Position numbers and translations under genes: made by a program. A DNA stretch of 64,000 nt from the NCBI RefSeq assembly GCF_023055435.1, contig NW_025963779.1, positions 42,904,001-42,968,000 of the forward strand, given 5' to 3'. The stretch is from Haliotis rufescens. Lineage: Eukaryota. Shown in pieces: positions 1-14,400 of this stretch. The stretch's first letter is position 1. Each line of letters begins with the position of its first letter. The notes beneath the pieces are model-generated. The model did not search any database. It was not told where the DNA came from and saw only the letters and a program-made list of their open reading frames with translations.

Positions 1-3000
1 TTACATACTGTGTATAATAAAGAAGTTATATACTGTATATAGGACAGCACACACTATGTATAATTGGGACGTTACATACTGTGTATAGGACAGCACACAC
101 TATGTATAATAAGGACGTTACATACTGTGTAGAGGACAGCACACACTATGTATATTTGGGAAGTTACATACTGAAGTAACATACTATGTATAATTAGGAA
201 GTTACAAACTGTGTATAATAAAGAAGTTATATACTGTGTTTAGGACAGCACACACTATGTATAATTAGGAAGTTACATACAGTGTTTAGGACAGCACACA
301 CTATGTATAATTAGGATGTTACATACTGTGTAAAGAACAGAATACACTATATATGATTGGGAAGTTACATACTTTGTATAGGTCAGCACACACTATGTAT
401 AATAAGGACGTTACATACTGTGTATAGGACAGCACACACTATGTATATTTGGGAAGTGACATACTGAAGTTACATACTATGTATAATTAGGAAGTTACAT
501 ACTGTGTATAATAAAGAAGTTATATACTGTATATAGGACAGCACACACTATGTATAATTGGGACGTTACATACTGTGTATAGGACAGCACACATTATGTA
601 TGAGTGGGAGGTTACATACTTTGTATAGGACAGCACACACTATGTATAATTAGGAAGTTACATAGTGTGTACAGGACAGCACACACTATGTATAATTGGG
701 ACGTTACATACCGTGTTTAGGACAGCACACACTATGTATAATTGGGAGGTTACATACTGTGTATAGGACAGCACACACTATGTATAATAAGGACGTTACA
801 TACTGTGTATACGACAGCACACACTATGTATTATTAAGAAGTTATATACTTTGTATAGGACAGCACACACTATGTATAATAAGGAAGTTACATAGTGTGT
901 ATAGGACAGCACAAACTATGTATACTTAGGAAGTTACATAGTGTGTATAGGACAGCACACACTATGTATAATTAGGAAGTTACATAGTGTGTATAGGACA
1001 GCACACATTATGTATAATTAAGAAGTTATATACTTTGTATAGGACAGCACACACTTTGTATAATTAGTAAGTTACATAGTGTGTATAGGACAGCACAAAC
1101 TATGTTTAATTAGGAAGTTATATACTTTGTGTAGGACAGCACACACTATGTATAATTGGGAGGTTACATACTGTGTACAGGACAGCACACACTATGTATA
1201 ATAAGTAAGTTACATAGTGTGTATAGGACAGCACAAACTATGTATAATTAGGAAGTTACATAGTGTGTATAGGACAGCACACACTATGTATAATTAGGAA
1301 GTTACATAGTGTGTATAGGACAGCACACACTATGTATAATTAGGAAGTTACATAGTGTGTATAGGGCAGCACAAACTATGTATACTTAGGAAGTTACATA
1401 GTGTGTATAGGACAGCACACACTATGTATAATTGGGACGTTACATACTGTGTTTAGGACAGCACACACTATGTATAATTGGGAGGTTACATACTTTGTAT
1501 AGGACAGCACACACTATGTATAATTGGGAAGTTACATAGTGTGTATAGGACAGCACACACTATGTATAATTAGGAAGTTACATACTGTGTATAGGACAGC
1601 ACACACTATGTATAATTGGGAGGTTACATACTTTGTATAGGACAGCACACATTATGTATAATTGGGAAGTTACATACTGTGTATAGGACAGCACACACTA
1701 TGGATAATAAGGACGTTACATACTGTGTATAGGACAGCACACACTATGTATATTTGGGAAGTGACATACTGAAGTTACATAATATGTATAATTAAGAAGT
1801 TACATAGTGTGTATAATAAAGAAGTTATATACTGTATATAGGACAGCACACACTATGTATAATTCGGACGTTACATACTGTGTATAGGACAGCACACACT
1901 ATGTATAATAAGGACGTTACATACTGTGTATAGGACAGCACACACTATGTATAATAAGGACGTTACATACTGTGTATAGGACAGCACACACTATGTATAT
2001 TTGGGAAGTTACATACTGAAGTAACATACTATGTATAATTAGGAAGTTACATACTGTGTATAATAAAGAAGTTATATACTGTGTATAGGACATCAAACAC
2101 TATGTATAATTAGGAAGTTACATACTGTGTATAGGACAGCACAAAGTATGTATAATTAGGAAGTTATATACTTTGTATAGGACAGCACACACTATGTATA
2201 ATTGGGAGGTTACGTACTGTGTATAGGACAGGACACACTATGTATAATAAGTAAGTTACATAGTGTGTATAGGACAGCACAAACTATGTATAATTAGGAA
2301 GTTACATAGTGTGTATAGGACAGCACACACTATGTATAATTAGGAAGTTACATAGTGTGTACAGGACAGCACAAAATATGTATAATTAGGAAGTTACATA
2401 GTGTGTATAGGACAGCACAAACTATGTATAATTAGGAAGTTACATAGTGTGTATAGGACAGCACACACTATGTATAATTGGGAGGTTACATACTGTGTTT
2501 AGGACAGCACACACTATGTATTATTGGGAGGTTACATACTTTGTATAGGACAGCACACACTATGTATAATTGGGACATAACATACTGTGTATAGGACAGC
2601 ACACACTATGTATAATTAGGAAGTTACATAGTGTGTATAGGACAGCACACACTATGTATAATTAGGAAGTTACATACTTTGTATAGGACAGCACACATTA
2701 TGTATAATTTGGAAGTTACATACTGTGTATAGGACAGCACACACTATGTATAATTAGGAAGTTACATAGTGTGTATAGGACAGCACACACTATGTATAAT
2801 TAGGACGTTACATACTGTGTTTAGGACAGCACACACTATGTATAATTGGGAAGTTACATACTGTGTATAGGACAGCACACACTATGTATAATAAGGACAT
2901 TACATACTGTGTTTAGGACAGCACACACTATGTATAATTAGGAAGTTACATACTGTGTTTAGGACAGCACACACTATGTATAATTAGGACGTTACATACT

Positions 3001-3812
3001 GTGTTAAGAACAGAATACACTATATATGATTGGGAAGTTACATACTGTGTATAGGACAGCACACACTATGTGTAATTGGGAGGTTACATACTTTGTATAG
3101 GACAGCACACATTATGTATAATTAGGAAGTAACATAGTGTGTATAGGACAGAACACACTATGTATAATTAGGAAGTTACATACTGTGTATAGGACAGCAC
3201 ACACTATGTATAATTAGGAGGTTACATACTTTGTATAGAACAGCACACACTACGTATAATTAGGAAGTTACATACTTTGTATAGGACAGCACACACTATG
3301 TATAATTGGGAGGTTACATACTTTGTATAGGACAGCACACACTATGTATAATTGGGAGGTTACATACTGTGTATAGGACAGCACACACTATGTATAATTA
3401 GGAAGTTGCATAGTGTGTATAGGACAGCACACACTATGTATAATTAGGACGTTACATACTGTGTTTAGGACAGCACACACTATGTATAATTAGGACGTTA
3501 CATACTGTGTTAAGAACAGAATACACTATGTATGATTGGGAAGTTACATACTGTGTATAGGACAGCACACACTATGTATAATTAGGAGGTTACATACTTT
3601 GTATAGGACAGTTCACATTATGTATAATTGGGAAGTTACATACTGTGTATAGGACAGCACACACTATGTATAATTGGGAAGTTACATACTGTGTATAGGA
3701 CAGCACACACTATGTATAATAAGGACGTTACATACTGTGTATAGGACAGCACACACTATGTATAATAAGGACGTTACATACTATGTATAGGACAGCACAC
3801 AATATGTATATT
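1..3812 (+). repeat. 46-bp tandem satellite (21+25 bp subunits), runs off the left edge
   Basis: Unit ACATACTGTGTATAGGACAGC-ACACACTATGTATAATTAGGAAGTT; AGGACAGCAC recurs at 1271 and 1317 (46 bp apart); about 80 copies. Confidence 0.97.
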
Positions 3813-5380
3813 TATAACGACAACCAAACACAAAGTAGTTTCAAACATTTATTATGATAAAATACAAAATTATAAATTTGGCGTATGGGGAATTCTCAGG
3901 TTTGATTACGGGTGCCCATGATTGAGCATCAATCATGCCAAGCATTAGAAACGATTTGGCCACTTGCAAATAATAACATGACACGGCCAAATTGTTGGCA
4001 CTAAGTGTGTACATGATCGAGCATCGGTCATGCCCAAGCATTGGGATCAAACGCTGGCAATAGTTCTGAGCCTCAGAGCACAGCGAGTGACTACACAGAA
4101 CGGCACAAAATGGTGCGATAAATGAGCATACAAGTAGCCTACAAGTTGGATGTGGATTATTGAACTTTAGGGGGAACTATCCCAGCAATTTGAGGAGGAT
4201 AGTAAGGCTGTAAGCCTCCAAGCAAGTCGAGGAGGATAGTTGGGCCGGGCCTGAGAATTCCCAAGTTTGAGTATGATACATAAAGTGAGACAAAATATAA
4301 ATTTCATATCATATCTGGTATGACCATGAGGTTACTTTGGGAGTAGGTTGGGGAGGTGGTGGAAACTGCTTGTAATTGTTTACAACTGATAACAATGGCT
4401 GCTGACCTGTACCCACTGCGCATGCGTGGGAGGAAGGCTTGTAAGCTTCCTGAGAGGAAACTCATGTCTGCGCATGCTCCTGTCAAACTTCCTTCCTGTC
4501 AAAACAAATAGTTACGACTATGATGGGTGTGGCTGTTGTAGGCACAAGCCGTTGTCTAAGCAATAAACTGGAAAGGTTAAGAGTGCATTTGGGAAGGGAT
4601 TTATGTAGCTGGTACAAGCTAGGTCAGCATGACCTGCATAAATATGTACGTAGCACCACCTTGTCGTACTCAGTGTCACCAATGTGTGATGAGCAAATTG
4701 TAGCTAACTGCAGCATAGCACACATATACCAACAAATTAAACATAAGTAAGGTAATACATGCAAGTGGCAAGAATAATACATGGTTGTTTTATTGTCGTT
4801 ATAAATGTGCTCATAGTACCGAAGAGCTATAAATTAAGAAGTTACTGTGTATAGGATGATACATGCTGTGTATTAAAGGTTTAAACGATGAGCGGGTGTT
4901 GTTGAACATGCAATAAAAATACTGCAGGGACCAGGAGGAGCAATGTCTGACAAGTCCATTTTACAGACAGGGGTGGTGGAATTGGGTGGTGGTGGTGGTG
5001 TGTGGGTATTTCCTGAACATTCTCTCAAACACATACAACTGATGGCCATTATCTGTACCCTTTCTCCCCGCATTTTTGGGTGTGATTGCCCGACCATTGC
5101 ATTTATCTGCATTGCCCAGTTTCATCTGAGGGGGACAACTTACTACCCTCTTAAAAATTGGGTTGTCCAATTTACAATGTTACCAAGTTTTGAGCGCTTA
5201 ATTGGTTCAAATTTTCAGAACTGATGCATGATAGAGCAGTGTTTTATTTGACATACTGTGTTTTGGACAGCACACACAGTGTATAAGACTGTAAACACTG
5301 TAGCACTGTAGATAATACTGTGCATACTCTCTATAGGAATGTACATACTGTATAACCCGGTAAATTACCACAATATACTA

Positions 5381-6912
5381 TACTGAACTGCAAAAGAAAT
5401 GTCACCATGGATAGATATATGAGAAACCTTATTTGTCCAAACACTGTAAACATACTTTGAGACATATTAAAAAGATGAAACTTGGCAAAACTGATCATCA
5501 AGGTTAAAATTAAAGTGTCAAATGTCCTTAAAGTCAAACACAACACTAGTCTCTGAGAAAATGGCATCACAAGTCAGTATCTCGTGTGTCCGCCATGTGC
5601 ATTGATGACAGCCGTGCAGCATAAATACATGGAATTGATGAGGCGTTTGATGAAGGCCATAGGCAGTTGAGCCCACACTCTTAGGAACTGCCTGATGCAG
5701 TTCAGCTGCAGTTGTCGGCCTTGGTCGGACGTCATTCAGCAGTCTTTTAATCTCGTCCCACAGGTGCTCAATCGGATTTAAATCGGGACTGAGGGCAGGC
5801 CACTGCATGGTTCTAATGCCATTCTGCTGGAGGAAGTCTCTTGTTGCCCTCGCAGTGTGAGCACAGGCGTTATCATGCTGATGTGCAAAATGAGGTATGG
5901 CGTGTGGTCTCAAGACTTGATGAATGTACCGAGCTGCTGTGACGCCATTGCCTCTCTATGGGCCGATGTTCTGGAAGACCACAGGTCGGACCCTCTGTGC
6001 AAGACCAATACCACCCCACACCATGATGCTCGGACCACACCATGATGCTCGGACCACCCCATGTGTCTCTCTCAACAACATAAGCATCCGAATAATGTTC
6101 CCCACGGCGTCACCAGACTCTCTCTCTCTCTCTCTCTGCCATCTGCTGTTGAGATATAGTAATGGCTCTCGTCTGAGAAGAGGACTCTTCTCCACTGCTG
6201 GTGGCGCCAATGCTGGTGCTGTGCTGCCCACTGAAGAGGGTCCAGGTGATGACGTGGCGTCAGAATGGGTCCTCGGTGTGGCATGTGACAGAGGAGGTGT
6301 CTGCTCATCAATCGTCGACGCACGGTGTCCGCACTGGTGTGTCCCCATGGTCTGTCGAGCAGTTTCTGCAGCAGTAACAAAGCGATCTTGAAGATGTTGT
6401 CGCACAATCTGACGATCCTGACGTCGGGTGGTGACCCTTGGTCTTCCACTACGTGGTCGGTCATCTGTAGTGTTGGTGGTCTGGTACCTTTGCTGGAGCC
6501 TGTATATGGTCCTTAGCATGACTTGAAATGCATTGGCTACTTGCCCGGCGGTTTTTCCAGCTTGCAATCATCAAAGGGCTTGGTGTTGCTGATTTCTTGT
6601 CAATCTTGGCATATGGTAGCAATTCAATAATGAATGAATGTTATCCGATCTGGATGGATTTTTATAGGGCACGAAATGGGGGAACGCATGTGCATTTCAA
6701 TTTGCACGGAACTCAAGTGCATCGGGTTTACCATGGCCGTTGCCGTGATGCGTTTTGGCGATCGGTTGTATTGTCATCTGCTTTGTTTTTTTGTCATCAA
6801 ATTTCATTTTTCTGAACAAGGTAATAGTAAATTTTAGAAACTTTGATAAAAATTACCCAGATATCTAAATGAAACTTTTCACGCAATGTTACTTTGGGTG
6901 ACGTTTCTTTTG
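5381..6912 (-). mobile_element. Tc1 (DD34E) DNA transposon, family A, degenerate, right TIR truncated
   Basis: TA followed by TIR TACTGAACTGCAAAAGAAATGTCACC at 5381. Frameshifted transposase with RPRSGRPRVT, FSDES, IMVWGGI and HDNA-(34 aa)-PDLNPIEHLW. The TIR at 6897-6912 lacks its last 10 bp. Confidence 0.93.
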
Positions 6913-7715
6913 TTGCGACATTAGTAAGGCCTTTGATAAAGTTTGGCATAAAGGCATTATCCATAAACTCAAATCCTATGGTATTGAAGGGAAATTAATG
7001 AGATGGTTTGAAAGCTACCTTAAAAAATAGATGTCAACGGTTTGTTATCAATGGGTATAGTTCAGACTTATGACCAGTTATGGCCGTAGTTCCACAAGGG
7101 GCAGTTTTAGGACCACTACTGTTTTTAATCTTCATAAACAACATTATAGACAATACTGTTAGTAATATTAGATTGTTTGCCAATGACACATCCCTATATG
7201 CCGTGGTAAATGATCCACATACAGCTGCACATTGTCTGAATTGCGATCCAATTAGAATATACTCTTGGACAGAAAACTGGCATGTCAATTTCAACTGTAA
7301 TAAAACAGTATCTATTCAATTTTCACGGAAGATTCTTCCTAATATAAAACCAGTTTTGAAAATGAGTACCACTACAGTTCAGGAAGTTCTTTCTCATGAA
7401 CATCTCAGACTTACTCTCTAAGAAGATTGTATGTGGAACGATCACATTGATAGCCTAGTTAAGGAAGTCAGTCCAACAATTCACTGTCTCAGGAGTTTCC
7501 AGTATCGTTTAAATAGAAAAACACTGGAAATTATGTATAAATCTTTAATATTACCATTATTTGACTATTGTTGCCACATATGGGACAACTGCAGAAAAGA
7601 AAAGTGTAACTACTTGAAAATCTAGATGCACTTAGAACTGATTCAGTCAGGTTATACACTCCCGTCTCAGGCTTGGCTTCAGTGAACTTAACGCTGACAA
7701 ATTTGCCAGATTCAT
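6913..7715 (+). mobile_element. CR1-like LINE, reverse transcriptase/3' fragment, degenerate
   Basis: CDISKAFDKVWHKG, VPQGAVLGPLLFLIFIN, RLFANDTSLY (decayed FADD), YKSLILPLFDYC, SRLRLGFSELN. Confidence 0.9.
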
Positions 7716-7904
7716 ATTTAACGACTGTAACAAATCTAGAAATTTTAAAATTAGTGCACAGTTTTATTCTATCTTCTTGCCGATTTAGAGAATTTATGTG
7801 AGATGTTGGGCTTTGCTATATGATACTGCGATGTTGTTGCGCTGGATGTAAATAATAACGTAGCTCTAGTTACGAAAGATAATCCTGTAATTAAATACTT
7901 ACAG

Positions 7905-10900
7905 AATACGTATAGCGTGCTATACACGATGTGTGCCGTGCTATACACAATATGTACGGTGTGATACACAGTATGTACCATCCTATACCCAATAAGAACA
8001 GTGCTATACACAGGATGTGCCATCCTATACACAATATGCATGGCCCTACACATAGAGTGTGTCTTCCTATACACAATATGTAGCGTACTGCACTAAGGGT
8101 GTGCCATCCTATACACAATATGTACCGTGCTGTACTCTGGGTGTGCCATCCTATACACAATATGTACCGTGCTGTACTCTGGGTGTGCCATCCTATACAC
8201 AATATGTACTGTGCTGTACTCTGGGTGTGCCATCCTATACACAATATGTACCGTGCTGTACTCAGGGTGTGCCATCCTATACACAATATGTACCGTGCTG
8301 TACACAGGGTGTGCCATCCTATACACAATATTTACTGTGCTGTACATAGGGTGTGCCATCCTATACACAATATCTACCGTGCTGTACTCAGGGTGTGCCA
8401 TCCAATACACAATATGTACCGTGCTGTACACGGGGTGTGCCATCCTATACACAATATTTATGGAACTGTACTCAGGGTGTGCCATCCTTTACACAATATG
8501 TACCGTGCTGTACACAGGGTGTGCCATCCAATACACAATATGTACCGTGCTGTTCTCAGGGTGTGCCATCCTATACACAATATGTACCCTGCTGTACTCA
8601 GGGTGTGCTATCCTATACACAATATGTACCGTGCTGTACTCAGGGTGTGCCATCCTATACACAATATGTACTGTGCTGTACACAGGGTGTGTCTTCTTAT
8701 ACACAATATGTACCGTGCTGTACACAGGGTGTGTCTTCTTATACACAATATGTACCGTGCTGTACACAGGGTGTGCCATCCTATACACAATATGTACCGT
8801 GCTGTACTCAGGGTGTGCCATGCTATACACAATATGTACCGTGCCGTACTCAGGGTGTGCCATCCTATACACAATATGTGCCGTGCTGTACTCAGGGTGT
8901 GCCTTCCTATACACAATATGTACCATGCTGTACTGAGGGTGTGCCATGCTATACACAATATGTACAGTGCAGTACTCAGGGTGTGCCATCCTATACACAA
9001 TATGTACAGTCCTATTTACAGCATGTACTGTACTATATACAATATTTACCATCCTATTCACAGCATGTACAGTCCAATACACAATATGTACCACCCTATT
9101 CACAGCATGTACAGTCCAATACACAATATGTACCATCCTATTCAAAGCGTGTTCTGTTCTATACACAATATGTACAGTCCTATTCACAGCGTGTGCCATC
9201 CTAAAGACAATATTTACCCTTCTATTCACTGTGTGTGTCATCCTATACACAATATGTAGAGCCCTATTCACAGCGTGTGCCCTCCTATAGACAATATTTA
9301 CCCCTCTATACACTGCGTGTGTCATCCTATACACAATATGTACAGTCCTATTCACAGCATGTACTGTCCTATACACAATATGTACCGCCATTTACACAGT
9401 GTGTATCTTCCTATACACAAAATGTTCAGTTCTATTCGCAGCATGTACCATCTTAAATTCAATATTTACCCCTCTATTCACTGTGTGTCGTCCTATACAC
9501 AATATGTACCATCCTATTCAAAGCGTGTGCTGTTCTATACACAATATGTACAGTCCTATTCACAGCATGTACCCTCCTATACACAATATGTACAGTCCTA
9601 TTCACAGTATGTACTGTCCTATACACAATATGTACTGCCATTTACACAGTCAGTATCTTCCTATACACAAAATGTTCAGTCCTATTCACAGCATGTACCA
9701 TCCTATACACAATATGTACCATCCTATTCAAAGCATGTGCCATCCTGTACACAATATGTAGGTCCTATTCATAGCATGTACCGTCCTATACACAGTACGT
9801 ACAGTCCTATTCACAGCGTGTGCCATCCTATAGACAATATTTACCCCTCTTAACACTGCGTGTGTCGTCCTATACACACCATGTACAGTCCTATTCACAG
9901 CGTATGCCATCCTATAGACAATATTTACCCTTCTATACACTGCTTGTGTCATCCTATACACAATATGTACAGTCCTATTCACAGCGTGTGCCATCCTATA
10001 GACAATATTTACCCCTCTATTCACTGTGTGTGTCATCCTATACACAATATGTACCATCCTATTCAAAGCGTGTGCTGTTCTATACACAATATGTACAGTC
10101 CTATTCACAGCATGTGCCCTCCTATACACAATATGTACAGTCCTATTCACTGTGTGTGCCATCCTAAAGACAATATTTACTCTTCTATTCACTGTGTGTG
10201 TCATCCTATACACAATATGTACAGTCCTATTCACAGCATGTACCCTCCTATACACAATATGTACAGTCCTATTCACCGTGTGTGCCATCCTAAAGACAAT
10301 ATTTACTCTTCTATTCACTGTGTGTGTCATCCTATACACAATATGTACAGTCCTATTCACAGCATGTACTGTCCTATACACAATATGTACAGTCCTATTC
10401 ACAGCATGTACTGTCCTATACACAATATGTACCGCCATTTACACAGCGTGTATCTTCCTATACACAAAATATACAGTCCTATACACAGCATGTACCCTCC
10501 TATACACAATATGTGCCATCCTATTCACAGCGTGTGCCATCCTATAGACAATATCTACCCCTCTATTCACTGTGTGTCATCCTATACACAATATGTAGAG
10601 TCCTATTCACAGTGTGTGCCATCTTAAAGACAATATTTACCCTTCTATTCACTGTGTGTGTCGTCCTGTACACAATATGTACCTTCCTATTCACGGCATG
10701 TGCCGTCCTATACACAATATGTAAGTCCTATTCATAGAGTGTACCTTCCTATACACAATATGTACAATCCTATTCACAGCGTGTGCCATCCTATAGACAA
10801 TATTTACCCCTCTATTCACTGTGTGTGTCGTCCTATACTCAATATGTACTGTCCTATTCACAGCGTGTGCCATCCTATAGACAATATTTACCCCTCTATA

Positions 10901-11428
10901 CACTGCGTGTGTCGTCCTATACACAATATGTACAGTCCTATTCACAACGTGTGCCATCCTAAAGACAATATTTACCCCTCTATTCACTGTGTGTGTCGTC
11001 CTATACACAATATGTACTGTCCTATTCACAGCGTGTGCCATCCTATAGACAATATTTACCCTCCTATACACTGCGTGTGTCATCCTTAACACAATATGTA
11101 CCTTCCTATTCACAGCGTGTGCCGTCCTATACACAATATGTAAGTCCTATTCATAGAGTGTACCGTCCTATACACAATATGTACAATCCTATTCACAGTG
11201 TGTGCCATCCTATAGACAATATTTACCCTTCTTTACACTGCTTGTGTCATCCTATACACAGTACGTACAGTCCTTTTCACAGCGTGTGCCATCCTATAGA
11301 CAATATTTACCCCTCTATACACTGCGTGAACCGTCATATACACAATCTGTACCGTCCTATTCAAAACGTGTGCTGTCCTATAAAAAATATGTACCATGCT
11401 ATACACAGTGTGTGCCTTTCTATAAACA
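7905..11428 (-). repeat. 42-bp (2x21) tandem satellite in two sub-arrays (switch near 9000), related to array 1-3812 in opposite orientation
   Basis: Plus-strand units GTGCCATCCTATACACAATATGTACCGTGCTGTACTCAGGGT, then CCTATACACAATATGTACAGTCCTATTCACAGCGTGTGCCAT. The reverse complement ACATATTGTGTATAGGATGGC matches the ACATACTGTGTATAGGACAGC monomer. Confidence 0.95.
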
Positions 11429-11435
11429 AGTTGTA

Positions 11436-12480
11436 TTTAGGTCTAATTGTTCCACATTTGTTAGGAATATGATTATTACATACGTCAATAATTGTCCTGG
11501 AAAAACATTCCGCCATGACGTCAACATTTCTGGATGATAACAAATGATCCCACTTTGTGTCACTTAAACTGTCAATCATTTCTTCATTATCAGCCATGTT
11601 GTATTTGTAGATTTTTCTTGAAAAATTTGCATTACTAGGTATGTTTTCCTGAATTTTTTCGAATATAGGACAATGATCACTGCATAAAGGATCACATACA
11701 CCCGAACTCCACAGCACACATTAGTTAGTGTTGTTTGTAACTAATGTGTTACAAACAATAAATTAATCAAAGTTCTGGAGGTAGGTGTAATCCTGGTGGG
11801 CTCAGTTATAATTTGGGTCAACCCATATATTGCTTGCAAGTGATCTAATTTGTAATTCAGTTTCTCTAAAAATATCTAGATTAAAATCCCCAGCTATAAT
11901 AGTTGGTATATTCAAATCTATTACATTACATATTGACTGATCTATCAACTCGCATCTTACCTGTACCCATAATGCTTTGAGTCCATTTATGCACAGATGA
12001 TCCATGTTTTTAACACATAAATTGTTTTTTACAAACATAGCTACATCCCTTGTCCTTTAAACTCCTTACATTTAGATGAACAATCTTTAAATTACCATAT
12101 TTTACTGGCCCAGGGTTTTGGGTGAACATCCCCGTAACATAGGAGAAGTATCAATACAATACTCGACGGTCTTAGCTTATAGATACAACAGGAAGGGAGA
12201 GAATCAGCAAGAGAGAGAAATTTGCAAGATGCTTTGCTATAAAGACTAGAAGCAAATAACCCCACCAGCTGTCTATAATGTGCTATCTCAACCGACATCT
12301 TGTTTTACAGAATATGTTGGTTTTTTACAGTGGACAGCGAGGGGGTTACGAGCGAAGTATAAGACAAAACATGACAAACACAAAATGAACTTTCAAAACA
12401 AAATCTATATACATCAACCAAAATTGTTGGTTGAAGAATCACATAACTGAAAAAACAAATAATAAAAAAGCAGATTAATT
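11436..12480 (-). mobile_element. CR1-like LINE, ORF2 N-terminus/APE endonuclease fragment, degenerate
   Basis: MSVEIAHYRQLVGLF start at 12298, GDVHP(N)PGP, HLNVRSL, IIAGDFNLD, EPTRIT, SDHCPIF, IPNKCGTIRPK. The upstream boundary is approximate. Confidence 0.88.
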
Positions 12481-12489
12481 GGGTAGATC

Positions 12490-13020
12490 AAGATCAGCGT
12501 GGGTCCATCTCAAGTCTGCTTGTTGAACTTCCAAACGGAGCCTGATGATACCACTGTCATCAGCGCAGGATCCTTGGAACGAGATTCTACCTCACAGCCG
12601 GAGGGTGACGATCTGAGGGTAGGCAGCCATTCTTCTAGTGGCGACGGCCACATGCCACAGGAATCAGAGAACCCCGGTACATGAGAAGCGGATGCAAGAG
12701 AAGAAGAAGCAGCAGATGCTAATGTCAGTGAAGAACAGGACACAGACCCAGTGGTAGGAGCCACTGCTCCTGTCCCATCAGATAACTGACCAAGGCCAAG
12801 ACCCAAGCCACCACCAAGGACATCGGAATGGCAGCGCTCAGGAGATTATGTGATGAGTCAGACAACATCAGAGGTCAGGGATGATCAAACTCAACTCATC
12901 AAACAGCTTGCGGCTGCTGGCATCTTTGAGCGAATTGGTGGTGCGATGTCACAGCTCATTGTCACTTTACTTAATAACACCAGCAAATGACAAGGACGTC
13001 ATTTGGGTGCAGGGGAAGTA
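12490..13020 (+). mobile_element. 3' internal end of an LTR retrotransposon (Gypsy-like) with polypurine tract
   Basis: Acidic, Pro-rich tail PRPRPKPPPRTSEWQRSGDYVM, then purine tract GCAGGGGAAGTA immediately before TGTGGC. Confidence 0.55.
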
Positions 13021-13719
13021 TGTGGCAGGCTCAAGACCTTATGTACATAACTTTTAGTTAAGATTTATTTGTTAGTAGTAAGGTTATATGGCCTTGTTAC
13101 CATTTTTACTAATTAGTTTATATTACAATATTTACATTATAAGAATATATAATTAGTTATAATATTAGTTATGTTTTATACCTTAGTATTTTATACCTTA
13201 AACATTCATTCCACAGCTCTGTAACATTAAATAAGCTTACTCTCAGTCTAACTTCCACTAATTGTCATACTGCATGCTTGTGACTTACAGCACTCTTTGC
13301 CCCAGCGTGCTCCAGCCCAGTCTATTGTCTTTTTAATAGGCCAAGCTGGCCATAGCTACAGCAATGTTTTGTTGTTGAATTTTACAAAATCAGTTGCTAC
13401 TGTCACCTCACAAGGAAAGACCATTTATTTATTGCCGCATTCATTTCTTATCATGTGAGGATTTTGATGTGTGAAGGAATTTATTCATACTTAAGGTTAG
13501 TTGACTATATATTTTATGATGTTGTATATATGGATGGTTTCTAATTATTGAGATTAGAAATAATATTTATTGTAGAATGCATTCTTAATTTTATTTATTA
13601 GAAACATAATGCATCTTGTATATATTTATAGTTCTTGATGAACTCACAGTACAGTAAGTTATTATTATCTGTATAAGACAGTATTATCTTCTGTATAAGA
13701 CAGTATTAAACATGAAACC

Positions 13720-13792
<73 letters not shown>

Positions 13793-14400
13793 AGTATTTT
13801 AAACCCCTCTGTACAGTAATGGAAAGTAAATGTATGTCTGTATGCTTGATGTTTGTTGGTAAGTGCAGGTGTATGAGTGTTATATGTCTGATATGAGTGG
13901 CTGTTGTACTATTTTTATACACTATTTTACCATAGGATATCTGATAGTATTCTGCATTTGTATTTCTTTATTATGCAGATTTGTCGGTGGCAACGTTCAC
14001 CGTGCAATCATTGTTACCGGTATTACCAGTACAGGTTTCACCTATCTGGTATGTAATGTTCATTATCACTTTATTGTCATATTAATATATTTTGTATCTG
14101 TGTATTGATGTATTGTACGGATATGTCTGATGTATTGTGTAATGTAAAGTAAGTTCTATTCATTTAATGGAAGTGATATCTATATTTCAGAAATTTAAAG
14201 AGTAACTATAACGGATTGTATATATTTATTTCTATGTTATATTTGCTCATGTTGTACTTTCATTGTTTCAGGTTGAATGAAGTATGTATGTACATTCGTA
14301 CCTAACAATAAAATAAACGTCATCAGCCTCACCCCCCACAGCTGTTTGTAATTATTTGGCCAGTAGATCGCCTATTCTACTATCGGCCAACACAACCACA
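13021..14400 (+). repeat. Probable 3' LTR of the preceding element
   Basis: Starts TGTGG after the PPT, AT-rich, AATAAA near 14307, ends ACCACA near 14400. There is no second copy to confirm the ends. Confidence 0.45.
13723..13786. repeat. (AT)32 microsatellite
   Basis: Direct reading. Confidence 0.98.

Noticed and set aside
7769-11537. His/Cys-rich ORFs such as (CHPIHNMYRAVLRV)n in several frames
   Set aside because: Open in most frames on both strands because the 42-bp unit is a multiple of 3 and lacks stops; satellite artefact
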